From contig CABMCB010000090.1 of assembly GCA_902384455.1 (NCBI GenBank), positions 1-44,929 on the forward strand: DNA of 44,929 nucleotides, in the 5' to 3' direction. Below, piece after piece: positions 18,770 to 26,972 of the stretch (the first letter of the stretch is position 1; each line of letters begins with the position of its first letter). The notes under the pieces were generated by a model. It did not search any database. It was not told the DNA's origin and saw nothing but the letters and a program-made list of their open reading frames with translations. Position numbers and translations under genes: made by a program. The stretch comes from an uncultured archaeon (lineage in GTDB: Archaea; Altiarchaeota; Altiarchaeia; IMC4; SCGC-AAA252-I15).

Positions 18770-18922
18770 ATGGACGGGCTATGCGACGCATGCGGCCAGC
18801 AAGCAATAGGAAGCTGCAAACTATGCGGACGCAGACTATGCGGCACACACCTGTCGATATCAGGCGTATGCTTAGACTGCATAGGCGGCCGCCGCTTTAA
18901 TCCTCCTCAAAAACAACCGTAA
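18770..18922 (+). CDS. 50-aa zinc-finger microprotein (absent from the ORF track)
   Basis: MDGLCDACGQQAIGSCKLCGRRLCGTHLSISGVCLDCIGGRRFNPPQKQP. Three CxxC and one CxxH. ATG directly follows the upstream TAA. Confidence 0.75.
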   Translation: MDGLCDACGQQAIGSCKLCGRRLCGTHLSISGVCLDCIGGRRFNPPQKQP

Positions 18923-20036
18923 CCTCAGTTTTAGACAGATTTCTAAACAGCCGGTTAGACGCAAGGCGCTTGGTAATCTCCTCGTCGGATTGGCCTTCAG
19001 CCCTAAGTTTACGTATCATCTGGAATAACTCCTCCAGCTGCGCGTAGTTCGCGTAAACGGCGTCTCCCAGCTTCTTCCATTCTAACGCGTCTTTTCCCGC
19101 CTGCGCAAGCGCATTCTTCTGAGATTCAAGCAAATCCGTCAGCTTCTTCCTTTTAGCCGAAGACGCGGCGTCATCCTCGCGGCTGGCGGCGCCCCAAGCG
19201 TCACTTCCGAAAAGAACGTCCAACGCCTCGCTGAACGACTCAGTATAATCCTTCTCAAAACTTTCATACGCAGCCGCAGGATAAGGCAGGGAATCAAAAG
19301 GTTTCCCGTCCCTAAAGACAACATACGGCTTATAAGGACCCCGCAACTCCTGCATAAGGCCGACGAAAGAATTGATTAAACGTTCCCTTTCCTCCGCGGA
19401 AAGGTCACTCCCTTTCTTTTCCCTGTCAACATTCGCCTTCAAACAAACGTCCTCAGCCCAAAAAGGGCCAAGGCCAACGTCTGTGGCAAGATAAGCCGCC
19501 GCCTTCTTCTGCGAAGATGTTAAGCCTTTTGATACGCCCTCAGGGGGCAAAGTCAGGGGGTTGGGGGCTTCAGGTGGATGTTTGTAAGGTTGGTTGACGC
19601 CCAATACTCGGTCCCTCCACTTCTGCCACTCAAGCAAGGCCTTGATTACGCCGTCGGAATCCAGCAAAAAGATGTTTCCTCTGCTGAAGAACTCGAAAAC
19701 GAGCGTGTATTTCTCAGGTCCCGCTTCAACGTCAAATTCAATAATCCTGTCGAACCCGTGCTGCCTGACTCCCCTGATGAACCCGCCTGTCAGGTGCTTC
19801 CTCAGCTTCATTGCGAAATTAGACGCTTCCCGCGGAACCTCAGGATGACTTCCTGTCACAAAAGCGAACTGAGACGTCGCAAGAAGGTCAATGCGCCCCA
19901 CACCCCCCCTCCTAAAGCTGAAAACAACGTCTTTTTCCCCCAGCTGATACACCTTCTCTATCCGGGCGCCTGAAAGCCGCCCGTCAAGCTCAGACACAAG
20001 CGCCAAAACGTCAACCGAAGAAAAAACCCTCTTCAT
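18897..20036 (-). CDS. NFACT/RqcH (Rqc2) family protein, N-terminal domains only
   Basis: SSVDV, SNFAMKLRKHL, VRQHGFDRI, EFFSRGNIFL, HhH, first coiled coil with GDAVYANY. No NFACT-R/C domain. Confidence 0.85.
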   Translation of the reverse strand: MKRVFSSVDVLALVSELDGRLSGARIEKVYQLGEKDVVFSFRRGGVGRIDLLATSQFAFVTGSHPEVPREASNFAMKLRKHLTGGFIRGVRQHGFDRIIEFDVEAGPEKYTLVFEFFSRGNIFLLDSDGVIKALLEWQKWRDRVLGVNQPYKHPPEAPNPLTLPPEGVSKGLTSSQKKAAAYLATDVGLGPFWAEDVCLKANVDREKKGSDLSAEERERLINSFVGLMQELRGPYKPYVVFRDGKPFDSLPYPAAAYESFEKDYTESFSEALDVLFGSDAWGAASREDDAASSAKRKKLTDLLESQKNALAQAGKDALEWKKLGDAVYANYAQLEELFQMIRKLRAEGQSDEEITKRLASNRLFRNLSKTEVTVVFEED

Positions 20037-20085
20037 AAAATTGCTCCCTCCCATACTCTTTTATCCTCCAGTGAGATAAAACCTA

Positions 20086-20997
20086 ATGATGGCCGAATTA
20101 ACCGCCGTACAAGAGACCGCCCGCAAGATACAGTCGATGGAAATAAGGGGCGCACTCGACATTGCGCTTGCCGCCTCAGAGGCGATTCTAAAGCTTGTGG
20201 ACGCCGGAGGAACCTACCCCGACGTCGCAGCAGCAGGAAAAATACTCTCAAGCGCTCGGCCTACGGCGGTTAGTTTGCCTAACGCCGTGAACTACTGTCT
20301 TTATGTCGCTGAAAGAAGCAAGGGTGAGACTGTCGGCGGATTCAAGAAGAATGTGGGGGATTCAATCCGGTCGTTTGTGACAGAGCAAAGGAACGCTAAA
20401 GACAAGATAGCGCAGTACGGCTCAAACCTGATTTCAGACGGCGAAGTGATTCTTACGCACTGCAACAGCGACACGGTAATCGCCATATTGACTAAAGCGC
20501 AGGAGTCGGGGAAAAAAATCCACGTTTACGCCACGGAAACCAGGCCCCGCATGCAAGGCCACCTGACTGTTAAGGCGCTGGTTGCAAACAATGTGCCTGC
20601 GACTTTGATTGTGGATTCAGCGGTTCACCATGTGCTTAAGACAAAGCACGTCGACAAGGTCATCGTAGGCGCAGACACCGTCTACGCAAACGGCGACGTA
20701 ATAAACAAGATAGGCACAAGCCAAGTGGCTTTGTGCGCGCATGTAATGGACGTCGACTTCATAGTCGCAAGCCAAACACTGAAGTTCAGCCCGGAAAGCG
20801 TTGGCGGAGCCCGCGTCCACATTGAGGAACGCGACGTACGAGAAGTCGCAGACTTCAACGTCCCAATATACAACCCAGCATTCGACATAACGCCCCACCA
20901 CTACATAGACGCCATAGTCACAGAATACGGGGTAATACCTCCCGAAGCAGTGTACCCCCTTCTTTCAGAAAAACTGCGCTGGCTAACCTGGAAGTAA
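20086..20997 (+). CDS. Ribose-1,5-bisphosphate isomerase (eIF-2B-like family)
   Basis: IRGA, SARPTAVSLPNA, THCNS, TETRPRMQG, VGAD, NKIGT, NPAFDITP. Confidence 0.88.
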   Translation: MMAELTAVQETARKIQSMEIRGALDIALAASEAILKLVDAGGTYPDVAAAGKILSSARPTAVSLPNAVNYCLYVAERSKGETVGGFKKNVGDSIRSFVTEQRNAKDKIAQYGSNLISDGEVILTHCNSDTVIAILTKAQESGKKIHVYATETRPRMQGHLTVKALVANNVPATLIVDSAVHHVLKTKHVDKVIVGADTVYANGDVINKIGTSQVALCAHVMDVDFIVASQTLKFSPESVGGARVHIEERDVREVADFNVPIYNPAFDITPHHYIDAIVTEYGVIPPEAVYPLLSEKLRWLTWK

Positions 20998-21001
20998 ACT
21001 A

Positions 21002-21691
21002 TTACGCCTTAATCTCGGCAAGCTCCTTAAGCGTCGGAATGTGAGCTGTTCCAGGTACCTCCCTAGCACCTCCTTCAGGCCGCGGCACCCGCCGAGTCGG
21101 GACGACTTCTGGAAAAGGCTGCTGATTCTCCCCGCACGCCAACTGCTCTATGCCGCCCTTCCACCTGACCCTAAGATAAACCAAAGTATCGTCAGACAAC
21201 CCCAACTCATCCTTAGCGCCAAGAATTATTGCGGCAGCCTGCTTGACAAGAGAACGCTTGGCGCGGTCGTCGATTTTCGCCCCATCCTCATCAACCCAGT
21301 AAACCCCGTGCCTGCCTCTTTCCTGTCGGCTACGGGATACGCAATCATGATACATCATGTAAACGCTGGTCGGCTCGTCCGCCTGCGCCGTCGCGTCATG
21401 AATCCGGCGGAAAATAACTGCAACCTGATGCGTATGGTCCGTAATAGGAGAGGGATTACCAAGACTCCAAGCCCCAGCAGCAACAGACGCCACCTCCTTA
21501 CCCTGCACATTCAAAACAAGAGGCACACCCCCATCAGACGAAGAAAGACCCCTTATCCTATCCGCAATTTCCGGCGTCAAACCTCGGATTCCAGCGACGC
21601 TTAACCCTGCCTGCGCAGCCAAATCCGCCTGCGAAGCCAAATCTACCACCTCCTTAGGTCCGCCGGGAGGTTTAGAGCTTGAGGAAGCCAA
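21002..21691 (-). CDS. Orphan hypothetical protein
   Basis: 229-aa ORF filling the gap. TTG start preceded by an AAGGTGA RBS. Confidence 0.55.
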   Translation of the reverse strand: MASSSSKPPGGPKEVVDLASQADLAAQAGLSVAGIRGLTPEIADRIRGLSSSDGGVPLVLNVQGKEVASVAAGAWSLGNPSPITDHTHQVAVIFRRIHDATAQADEPTSVYMMYHDCVSRSRQERGRHGVYWVDEDGAKIDDRAKRSLVKQAAAIILGAKDELGLSDDTLVYLRVRWKGGIEQLACGENQQPFPEVVPTRRVPRPEGGAREVPGTAHIPTLKELAEIKA

Positions 21692-21803
21692 AACAAAATC
21701 ACCTTACGTTAAAACTCCTCAGTCAAAGTAAAAAAACAGCCGCCAACAAACACCACTCTGTTTTTTAAACCCCCCACCCAATATATCTCCTATAAGAAAA
21801 AAA

Positions 21804-21847
21804 GAAAGGGGGAGGTTGAGGGCAGGATAAGCCGTTTTCTCCTTTTC
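21804..21847 (+). promoter_or_regulatory. Predicted RNA hairpin in the psmA leader
   Basis: GAAAGGGGGAGG pairs with TTTCTCCTTTTC (includes G-U pairs). Inner stem-loop GGC-AGGATAA-GCC. Confidence 0.45.
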
Positions 21848-21860
21848 CAAAGCTAAAAAA

Positions 21861-22601
21861 ATGTACCCACAAGGCCCTATGGCCTACGACCGTGCCATCA
21901 CGGTCTTCAGCCCGGACGGACGTTTATTTCAGGTAGAGTACGCGCGCGAAGCGGTAAAAAGAGGAACGACGGCAGTAGGAATCACCTACAAGGATGGCGT
22001 GCTTCTTGGAGTAGACAAAAACATAGCGTCTCCACTGATAGTCTTCAACAGCATCGAAAAGATATTCCAAATAGACGACCACATATGCGTCGCCACAAGC
22101 GGACTAGTCGCAGACGCAAGGCGCCTCGTTGAGGACGCGCGCGTACGCGCCCAACGCCACCGCCTAGTCTACACCCAGCCGATAAGCGTAAGCCAAATAA
22201 CCCGCGAAATATGCGACATAGAACAAGCTTACACCCAATACGGAAGCGCCCGCCCATTCGGCGCAGCGCTACTAATCGCAGGCGTAAACAAGAAACCACG
22301 CCTGTTCGAAACAGACCCGTCCGGAGCATTCACAGAATTCACCGCAGGAGCAATAGGCACAGGCAAACGCGAAGTAGAAAAAATATTCGAAGAAAAATAC
22401 AAACCAGGCCTCACCCGCTCCGAAGCGATAGAACTAGCGCTCATAGGCCTCTCCAACGTGAGCGAGGGGCCGCTAAAGAAGGAAAACATAGACATGGTCA
22501 CTGTCGAGTTGGAGGAGCCGTTTAAGCGCGTTCCCACATCGGAGATAGAGAAGATTATGCAGAAAGCCGGAGACAAGCTGCTCCCGAAGAAAAAGACGTA
22601 G
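21861..22601 (+). CDS. psmA: Proteasome subunit alpha
   Basis: YDRAITVFSPDGRLFQVEYAREAVKRG, RPFG, ETDPSG. Confidence 0.97.
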   Translation: MYPQGPMAYDRAITVFSPDGRLFQVEYAREAVKRGTTAVGITYKDGVLLGVDKNIASPLIVFNSIEKIFQIDDHICVATSGLVADARRLVEDARVRAQRHRLVYTQPISVSQITREICDIEQAYTQYGSARPFGAALLIAGVNKKPRLFETDPSGAFTEFTAGAIGTGKREVEKIFEEKYKPGLTRSEAIELALIGLSNVSEGPLKKENIDMVTVELEEPFKRVPTSEIEKIMQKAGDKLLPKKKT

Positions 22602-22646
22602 GGGACCTTAAGCATTTGTTTTCCCTCTTCAAGATAACGAATTAAA

Positions 22647-23357
22647 ATGGTTAGTTTGGACGAAGCAGTAATCGTCCGCCTCAAAAGCCACGGCGAAACG
22701 TTCGAAATATACGTTGACCCTGACTTGGCGCTTTCATACAAAGGCGGAGAGCCAGTGCCTTTAGGAGACGTTCTAGCTGTCCAGACGATATTCAAGGACG
22801 CTGGAGAAGGCGACAAGGCTTCGGCTGAGGCGATGACGGCCGTGTTTGGTTCGACTGACTTTCAGACTGTCGTTTCGGGGATACTGAAGAAGGGTGAACT
22901 CCACCTTACGACCGAGCAGAAAAAGAAGATGTCTGCCGACAGGTGGAAGCAGGTGGTGGACATAATCGCCAGAAACGCCATAAACCCGCAGAACGGCAAA
23001 CCTCATCCCCCCGCCCGCATAGACTCCGCTATGGCTGAGGCGCGAGTGGAAGTCACAATCAACAAAAGCGCCAAAGAGCAGGTGGAAGACGTGCTCCACA
23101 AGCTTAAGCCCCTGCTGCCCATACGCTTCGAGAAGATTAACGCGGCAGTCAAGGCGAGCGCGCAGAACGCTCCAAGAATATACCAGATACTTAGGGAATT
23201 CGGAGACGTCCGGAAAGAAGAGTGGGTAGGTTCAGAATGCATAACCCTGCTCGAGATTCCGGCCGGAGTCCAAGACGAATTCTCGCTCAAGCTAAACAAC
23301 GCCACACACGGCGACATACAGATAAAATTCCTGAGAGATAAAGATGTACCACGCTAA
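22647..23357 (+). CDS. Ribosome maturation factor SBDS/Sdo1
   Basis: MVSLDEAVIVRL, GETFEI, GDKAS, INPQ..PHPPARI. Conserved position after psmA. Confidence 0.95.
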   Translation: MVSLDEAVIVRLKSHGETFEIYVDPDLALSYKGGEPVPLGDVLAVQTIFKDAGEGDKASAEAMTAVFGSTDFQTVVSGILKKGELHLTTEQKKKMSADRWKQVVDIIARNAINPQNGKPHPPARIDSAMAEARVEVTINKSAKEQVEDVLHKLKPLLPIRFEKINAAVKASAQNAPRIYQILREFGDVRKEEWVGSECITLLEIPAGVQDEFSLKLNNATHGDIQIKFLRDKDVPR

Positions 23358-24003
23358 AGAAAGAGAAGTAGTCCTGCCCGGGCAGGTCATAGCGACAAAG
23401 GAAAAGTACGATTACTTGACGTGCGAAGTCGACGGAGAAAACGTCGTAGCCCTAACCCAAGGACTATTCCACTTAGGCAAATACGGCGCAGAAATCGTGC
23501 CGCTAGCCGGAGTATACCGGCCAAAATCGGAAGACGTAGTCATAGGAGTAATCACCTCCGTGGGAAACAGCAGCTGGGGCGTAGACATAAAAGTCCCATA
23601 CAACTGCCAGCTACCCGCCGACGAAGTCACCCGAGACGTAGCAGGAGTCGACCTCACACGATTCTACAAAGTCGGAGACATAATATCAGGAATAGTGCGG
23701 TCAGTAAACGAACTGCACGAAACAACACTCACGCGCCCCTGGAAACTACAAGGCGGAAGAATAATCGAAGTAGAACCAGTCAAAGTACCCAGAATAATAG
23801 GCAAAAAACGCAGCATGCTCACGGTACTCAAAGAAAAAACAGGAAGCAAAATCATCGTGGGCCAAAACGGCCTAGTGTGGATTTCAGGAGAACAAACTCC
23901 CTTGGTCATAGAAGCAATAGAAAAAATCCAGAAAGAAGCCCACACACAAGGACTAACAGACAGAATAGCCCACATGCTAGACGAAAAAACAAGAAAACAC
24001 TAA
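23344..24003 (+). CDS. rrp4: Exosome RNA-binding protein Rrp4
   Basis: VVLPG, S1 domain, KH motif KVPRIIGKKRSM, VGQNG, EAHTQGLTDRI. Confidence 0.93.
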   Translation: MYHAKEREVVLPGQVIATKEKYDYLTCEVDGENVVALTQGLFHLGKYGAEIVPLAGVYRPKSEDVVIGVITSVGNSSWGVDIKVPYNCQLPADEVTRDVAGVDLTRFYKVGDIISGIVRSVNELHETTLTRPWKLQGGRIIEVEPVKVPRIIGKKRSMLTVLKEKTGSKIIVGQNGLVWISGEQTPLVIEAIEKIQKEAHTQGLTDRIAHMLDEKTRKH

Positions 24004-24024
24004 ACTCTAAGAGAGGAAAAAAGA

Positions 24025-24756
24025 ATGAGCGGTTTAACCACTGACATAGAACTGATAAAGGACGGCCTAAGACTAGACGGCCGGAAAGTAGACGAGCTTC
24101 GCCCGATAAGTATGAAAGTCGGAGTGCTCAAACGCGCTGATGGAAGCGCATTCGTGGAATGGGGCAACAACAAAGTGCTTGCGGCCGTGTACGGTCCGAG
24201 GACTCTTCATCCCCGTTTCCTGCAGGACAACACTAAGGCGGTTGTGCGGTACATATACAATATGGCGCCCTTTAGCGTTGACGACCGCAAGAAGCCTGGT
24301 CCTGATAGGCGCAGCGTTGAAATAGGGAAGATAAGCGCTGAAGCGTTGGAGAACGTAGTGATGACGGAGGATTATCCTAACGCAGTCATAGACGTCTTCG
24401 TTGAAGTGCTTCAGGCGGACGCCGGAACAAGGTGCGTAGGCTTGACTGCAGCTAGTTTGGCTTTGGCGGACGCCGGAATCCCAATGAAGGATTTGGTGGC
24501 CGCGTGCGCTGCAGGTAAGGCTGGCGATGAGGTAGTTTTGGATTAGATGAAGGATGAGGATAACTTTGGGACGGCTGATGTGCCTGTGGCAATTACGCCG
24601 CGCAATGGTAACGTCGTGTTGTTGCAGATGGACGGGAAGCTGACTCAAGACGAGTTTAAGAAGGCTTTCCGGCTGGCTGTAAAAGGCGATCAAGACGTGT
24701 ATGAGATACAGAAGCAGGCGCTTCTCTCAAAATCAAAAACAGAGGTCATAGAGTAA
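24025..24756 (+). CDS. rrp41: Exosome component Rrp41, interrupted by an in-frame TAG at 24544-24546
   Basis: RLDGR, ADGSA, AAVYGP, YNMAPFS, RRSVEI, ADAGTR, then [22 protein letters not shown] in the same frame. Confidence 0.9.
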
Positions 24757-24757
24757 A

Positions 24758-25537
24758 ATGGACATACAATACTACTTGAAGAGAGACTACATCCGAAGCA
24801 TCATAACTGAAGGACGCCGAGTGGACGGCCGAGACTACGATCAAAGCAGGGAGCTCACCATAGAGAAAGGTTACATCAAGGAAAAAGCCGACGGAAGCGC
24901 GCTGGCCCGCTTGGGCGACACGCAGGTTCTGGTTGGAGTAAGCCTTGGAGTCGGCGTCCCATACCAGGACCGCCCTAAGGAAGGCATTTTGACCACAAGC
25001 GCAGAGCTTCGCCCTCTTGCAGACCCCACGTTCGAGATTGGGCCTCCAGGAGCTGACAGCATTGAGATAGCCCGCGTCGTGGACCGGGGAATACGCGAAA
25101 GCGGATGCATAGACACTTCGGCTTTATTCATTGAGGAAGGCAAGGTGTGGGCAGTATACTTGGACATTCACGTTTTGGACAACGACGGCAACCTGTTCGA
25201 TGTGGCGTCTGCCGCAGCTGTTGCGGCATTGCACGACACGCGGATGCCTATTATCGAGGACGGCATACTTAAGCACGGCAACTGGACCGACAAAAAGCTT
25301 CCGGTTACATGCGCTCCTGTGTCGTCGACTTTCGCCAAAATAGGCAACGCAATAGTGCTTGACCCGACCCTTGACGAGGAATACGGCATGGACGCCCGAC
25401 TAACCCTGACTGTCACGGACACAATGAACGCAGCCCAAAAAGGCGGAGTCGGCTCATTCACCCCAGACGAAGTGGAAGAGTGCGTGGACAAAGCATTCGA
25501 GCGCGCGGAAGAAATTAGGCGCCTCATCACGGAGTAA
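24758..25537 (+). CDS. rrp42: Exosome component Rrp42
   Basis: RVDGR, ADGSA..LGDTQV, FEIGPP, ARVVDRGIRES, DGNLFD, DPTLDEE, QKGG. Confidence 0.95.
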   Translation: MDIQYYLKRDYIRSIITEGRRVDGRDYDQSRELTIEKGYIKEKADGSALARLGDTQVLVGVSLGVGVPYQDRPKEGILTTSAELRPLADPTFEIGPPGADSIEIARVVDRGIRESGCIDTSALFIEEGKVWAVYLDIHVLDNDGNLFDVASAAAVAALHDTRMPIIEDGILKHGNWTDKKLPVTCAPVSSTFAKIGNAIVLDPTLDEEYGMDARLTLTVTDTMNAAQKGGVGSFTPDEVEECVDKAFERAEEIRRLITE

Positions 25538-25581
25538 AAAACAGAGGCATTTTTATTGCCTCTTTCCCTATTGGGATAGCC

Positions 25582-25845
25582 ATGTACAGTCACACCCGCA
25601 AGGTAGGCAGCCTCGGAAGATACGGCCCAAGATTAGGCCGGAAAGTCCGGGAAGAAATTAAGAAGGTGGAGGACGACGCCCTAAAGAACAGGGCATGCCC
25701 CACATGCGGAAGTGCGCGGGTTAAAAGGCAGTTTGCAGGTTCCTGGAAGTGCGCGACATGTTCGGCCGTGTTCACTGCAGGCGCATTCACGCCTAAAACA
25801 CGCAAGTCAACCGCTTCTGCAGATGAATCTGCAAAGGAGAAATAA
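25582..25845 (+). CDS. rpl37ae: 50S ribosomal protein L37Ae (eL43)
   Basis: GRYGPRLGRKVR, CPTCG, GSWKCATC, GAF. Confidence 0.93.
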   Translation: MYSHTRKVGSLGRYGPRLGRKVREEIKKVEDDALKNRACPTCGSARVKRQFAGSWKCATCSAVFTAGAFTPKTRKSTASADESAKEK

Positions 25846-25846
25846 T

Positions 25847-25999
25847 ATGAGTTATGTATGCATTGAGTGCGGTTCGGAGTTCGAGTACGCTGACGTCGTG
25901 AAAAACAGGCTTCAGTGCGTTGCATGCCGCGAAAAACGGAGCAACATTTGGTACAAGCGCCGACCTCAAAGCCTGCCAAAGATGATTCTGGCGCGATGA
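25847..25999 (+). CDS. rpoP: RNA polymerase subunit P (Rpo12)
   Basis: MSYVCIECG..LQCVAC..IWYKRRP..ILAR. Conserved position after rpl37ae. Confidence 0.85.
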   Translation: MSYVCIECGSEFEYADVVKNRLQCVACREKRSNIWYKRRPQSLPKMILAR

Positions 26000-26238
26000 A
26001 CACGCTGTCCGTCGAAGCGCGAATGAATCCCGCGTCTGCGACGGCCATTGCGCGTTCGTTGTCGATTGAATCTGCCTCCAAAGGATACGACAAGTCTTCG
26101 GTGGACGTGAGCGTGGAAAAAGACGTTCTGCGGCTTACGGTTTGCGCAGAAGACCTTCATACTCTTCGCGCTTCAGCAAGCACCTACTTACGGTGGCTTA
26201 AAATGGCGAAAGACCTAGTGTCAAACGAGGACACATAA
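25996..26238 (+). CDS. pcc1: KEOPS complex subunit Pcc1
   Basis: AEDLHTLRASASTYLRWL. ATGA overlap with rpoP. Confidence 0.85.
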   Translation: MNTLSVEARMNPASATAIARSLSIESASKGYDKSSVDVSVEKDVLRLTVCAEDLHTLRASASTYLRWLKMAKDLVSNEDT

Positions 26239-26242
26239 AACG

Positions 26243-26602
26243 ATGGACGTACCACCTCAGATTCAGGACAAACTCAACCAATACCAGATGCTTCAGCAGC
26301 AGATGCAGGCTAACGCTGTTCAACGCCAGCAACTCCTGTTGTCCGTCAGAGACGCAGACCAAGCCCTTGAGGCTTTAACCGAAGTTGCAGACGAAGCCGC
26401 CGTTTACCGTGCGGCAGGCACTCTGCTCGTAAAAACGTCCAAGCCGCAGATGGTGAAGGCGCTTACCGAGGAAAAAGAGCTTTCTGAGGCTAAAGAGAAG
26501 GTTCTTGAGAAGCAGGAGAAAAAAATCGTCGAGAAAGCGGAAGCCTTAAGAAGCGACCTGCAGAAGATGCTTTCAGGCGCTCAGGGCGCAGACGGCGGCT
26601 GA
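26243..26602 (+). CDS. pfdB: Prefoldin beta subunit
   Basis: VPPQIQ..QMLQQQ, VYRAAGTLLVK hairpin between coiled coils. Confidence 0.93.
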   Translation: MDVPPQIQDKLNQYQMLQQQMQANAVQRQQLLLSVRDADQALEALTEVADEAAVYRAAGTLLVKTSKPQMVKALTEEKELSEAKEKVLEKQEKKIVEKAEALRSDLQKMLSGAQGADGG

Positions 26603-26609
26603 AAATAAA

Positions 26610-26960
26610 ATGCTCCGCGAAAGAAAGAAGGCGGAGGATTCTGGGACAGGCACGTCCCCATTAGAGCCCCACGATTACGGCGACGTCAGGACGACAGGCA
26701 CATTAACTCCCGATCACGCAGACGCTATGCTGTACCTGGGAGCAACACTCCTTTACTCCAAACAAATACGCGAGGAAGGAGATCAAGTGCGAGAAAGAGA
26801 AGAACTGAGAAAAATCACTCCACAGCAAGCAATGGAAGCTTTCGGTAAGGGAGGCGATCCAGGAAAAAAACTAGCCGTCTTAATTCCTCACGGACCGGAA
26901 GCAATCAAGAGGATGGCTCAGTTATGGCGGGAAACCCATCCTAAAGGCGAAATCCAATAA
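26610..26960 (+). CDS. Orphan hypothetical protein
   Basis: 116-aa ORF starting 7 nt after pfdB, no motif. Confidence 0.5.
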   Translation: MLRERKKAEDSGTGTSPLEPHDYGDVRTTGTLTPDHADAMLYLGATLLYSKQIREEGDQVREREELRKITPQQAMEAFGKGGDPGKKLAVLIPHGPEAIKRMAQLWRETHPKGEIQ

Positions 26961-26972
26961 AGCCGATTTATT

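Noticed and set aside
24544-24546. Genome-wide TAG recoding or pyrrolysine use
   Set aside because: Only one internal TAG was seen among the recognisable genes, TAG ends many genes at expected positions, and no pyl genes are in the window.
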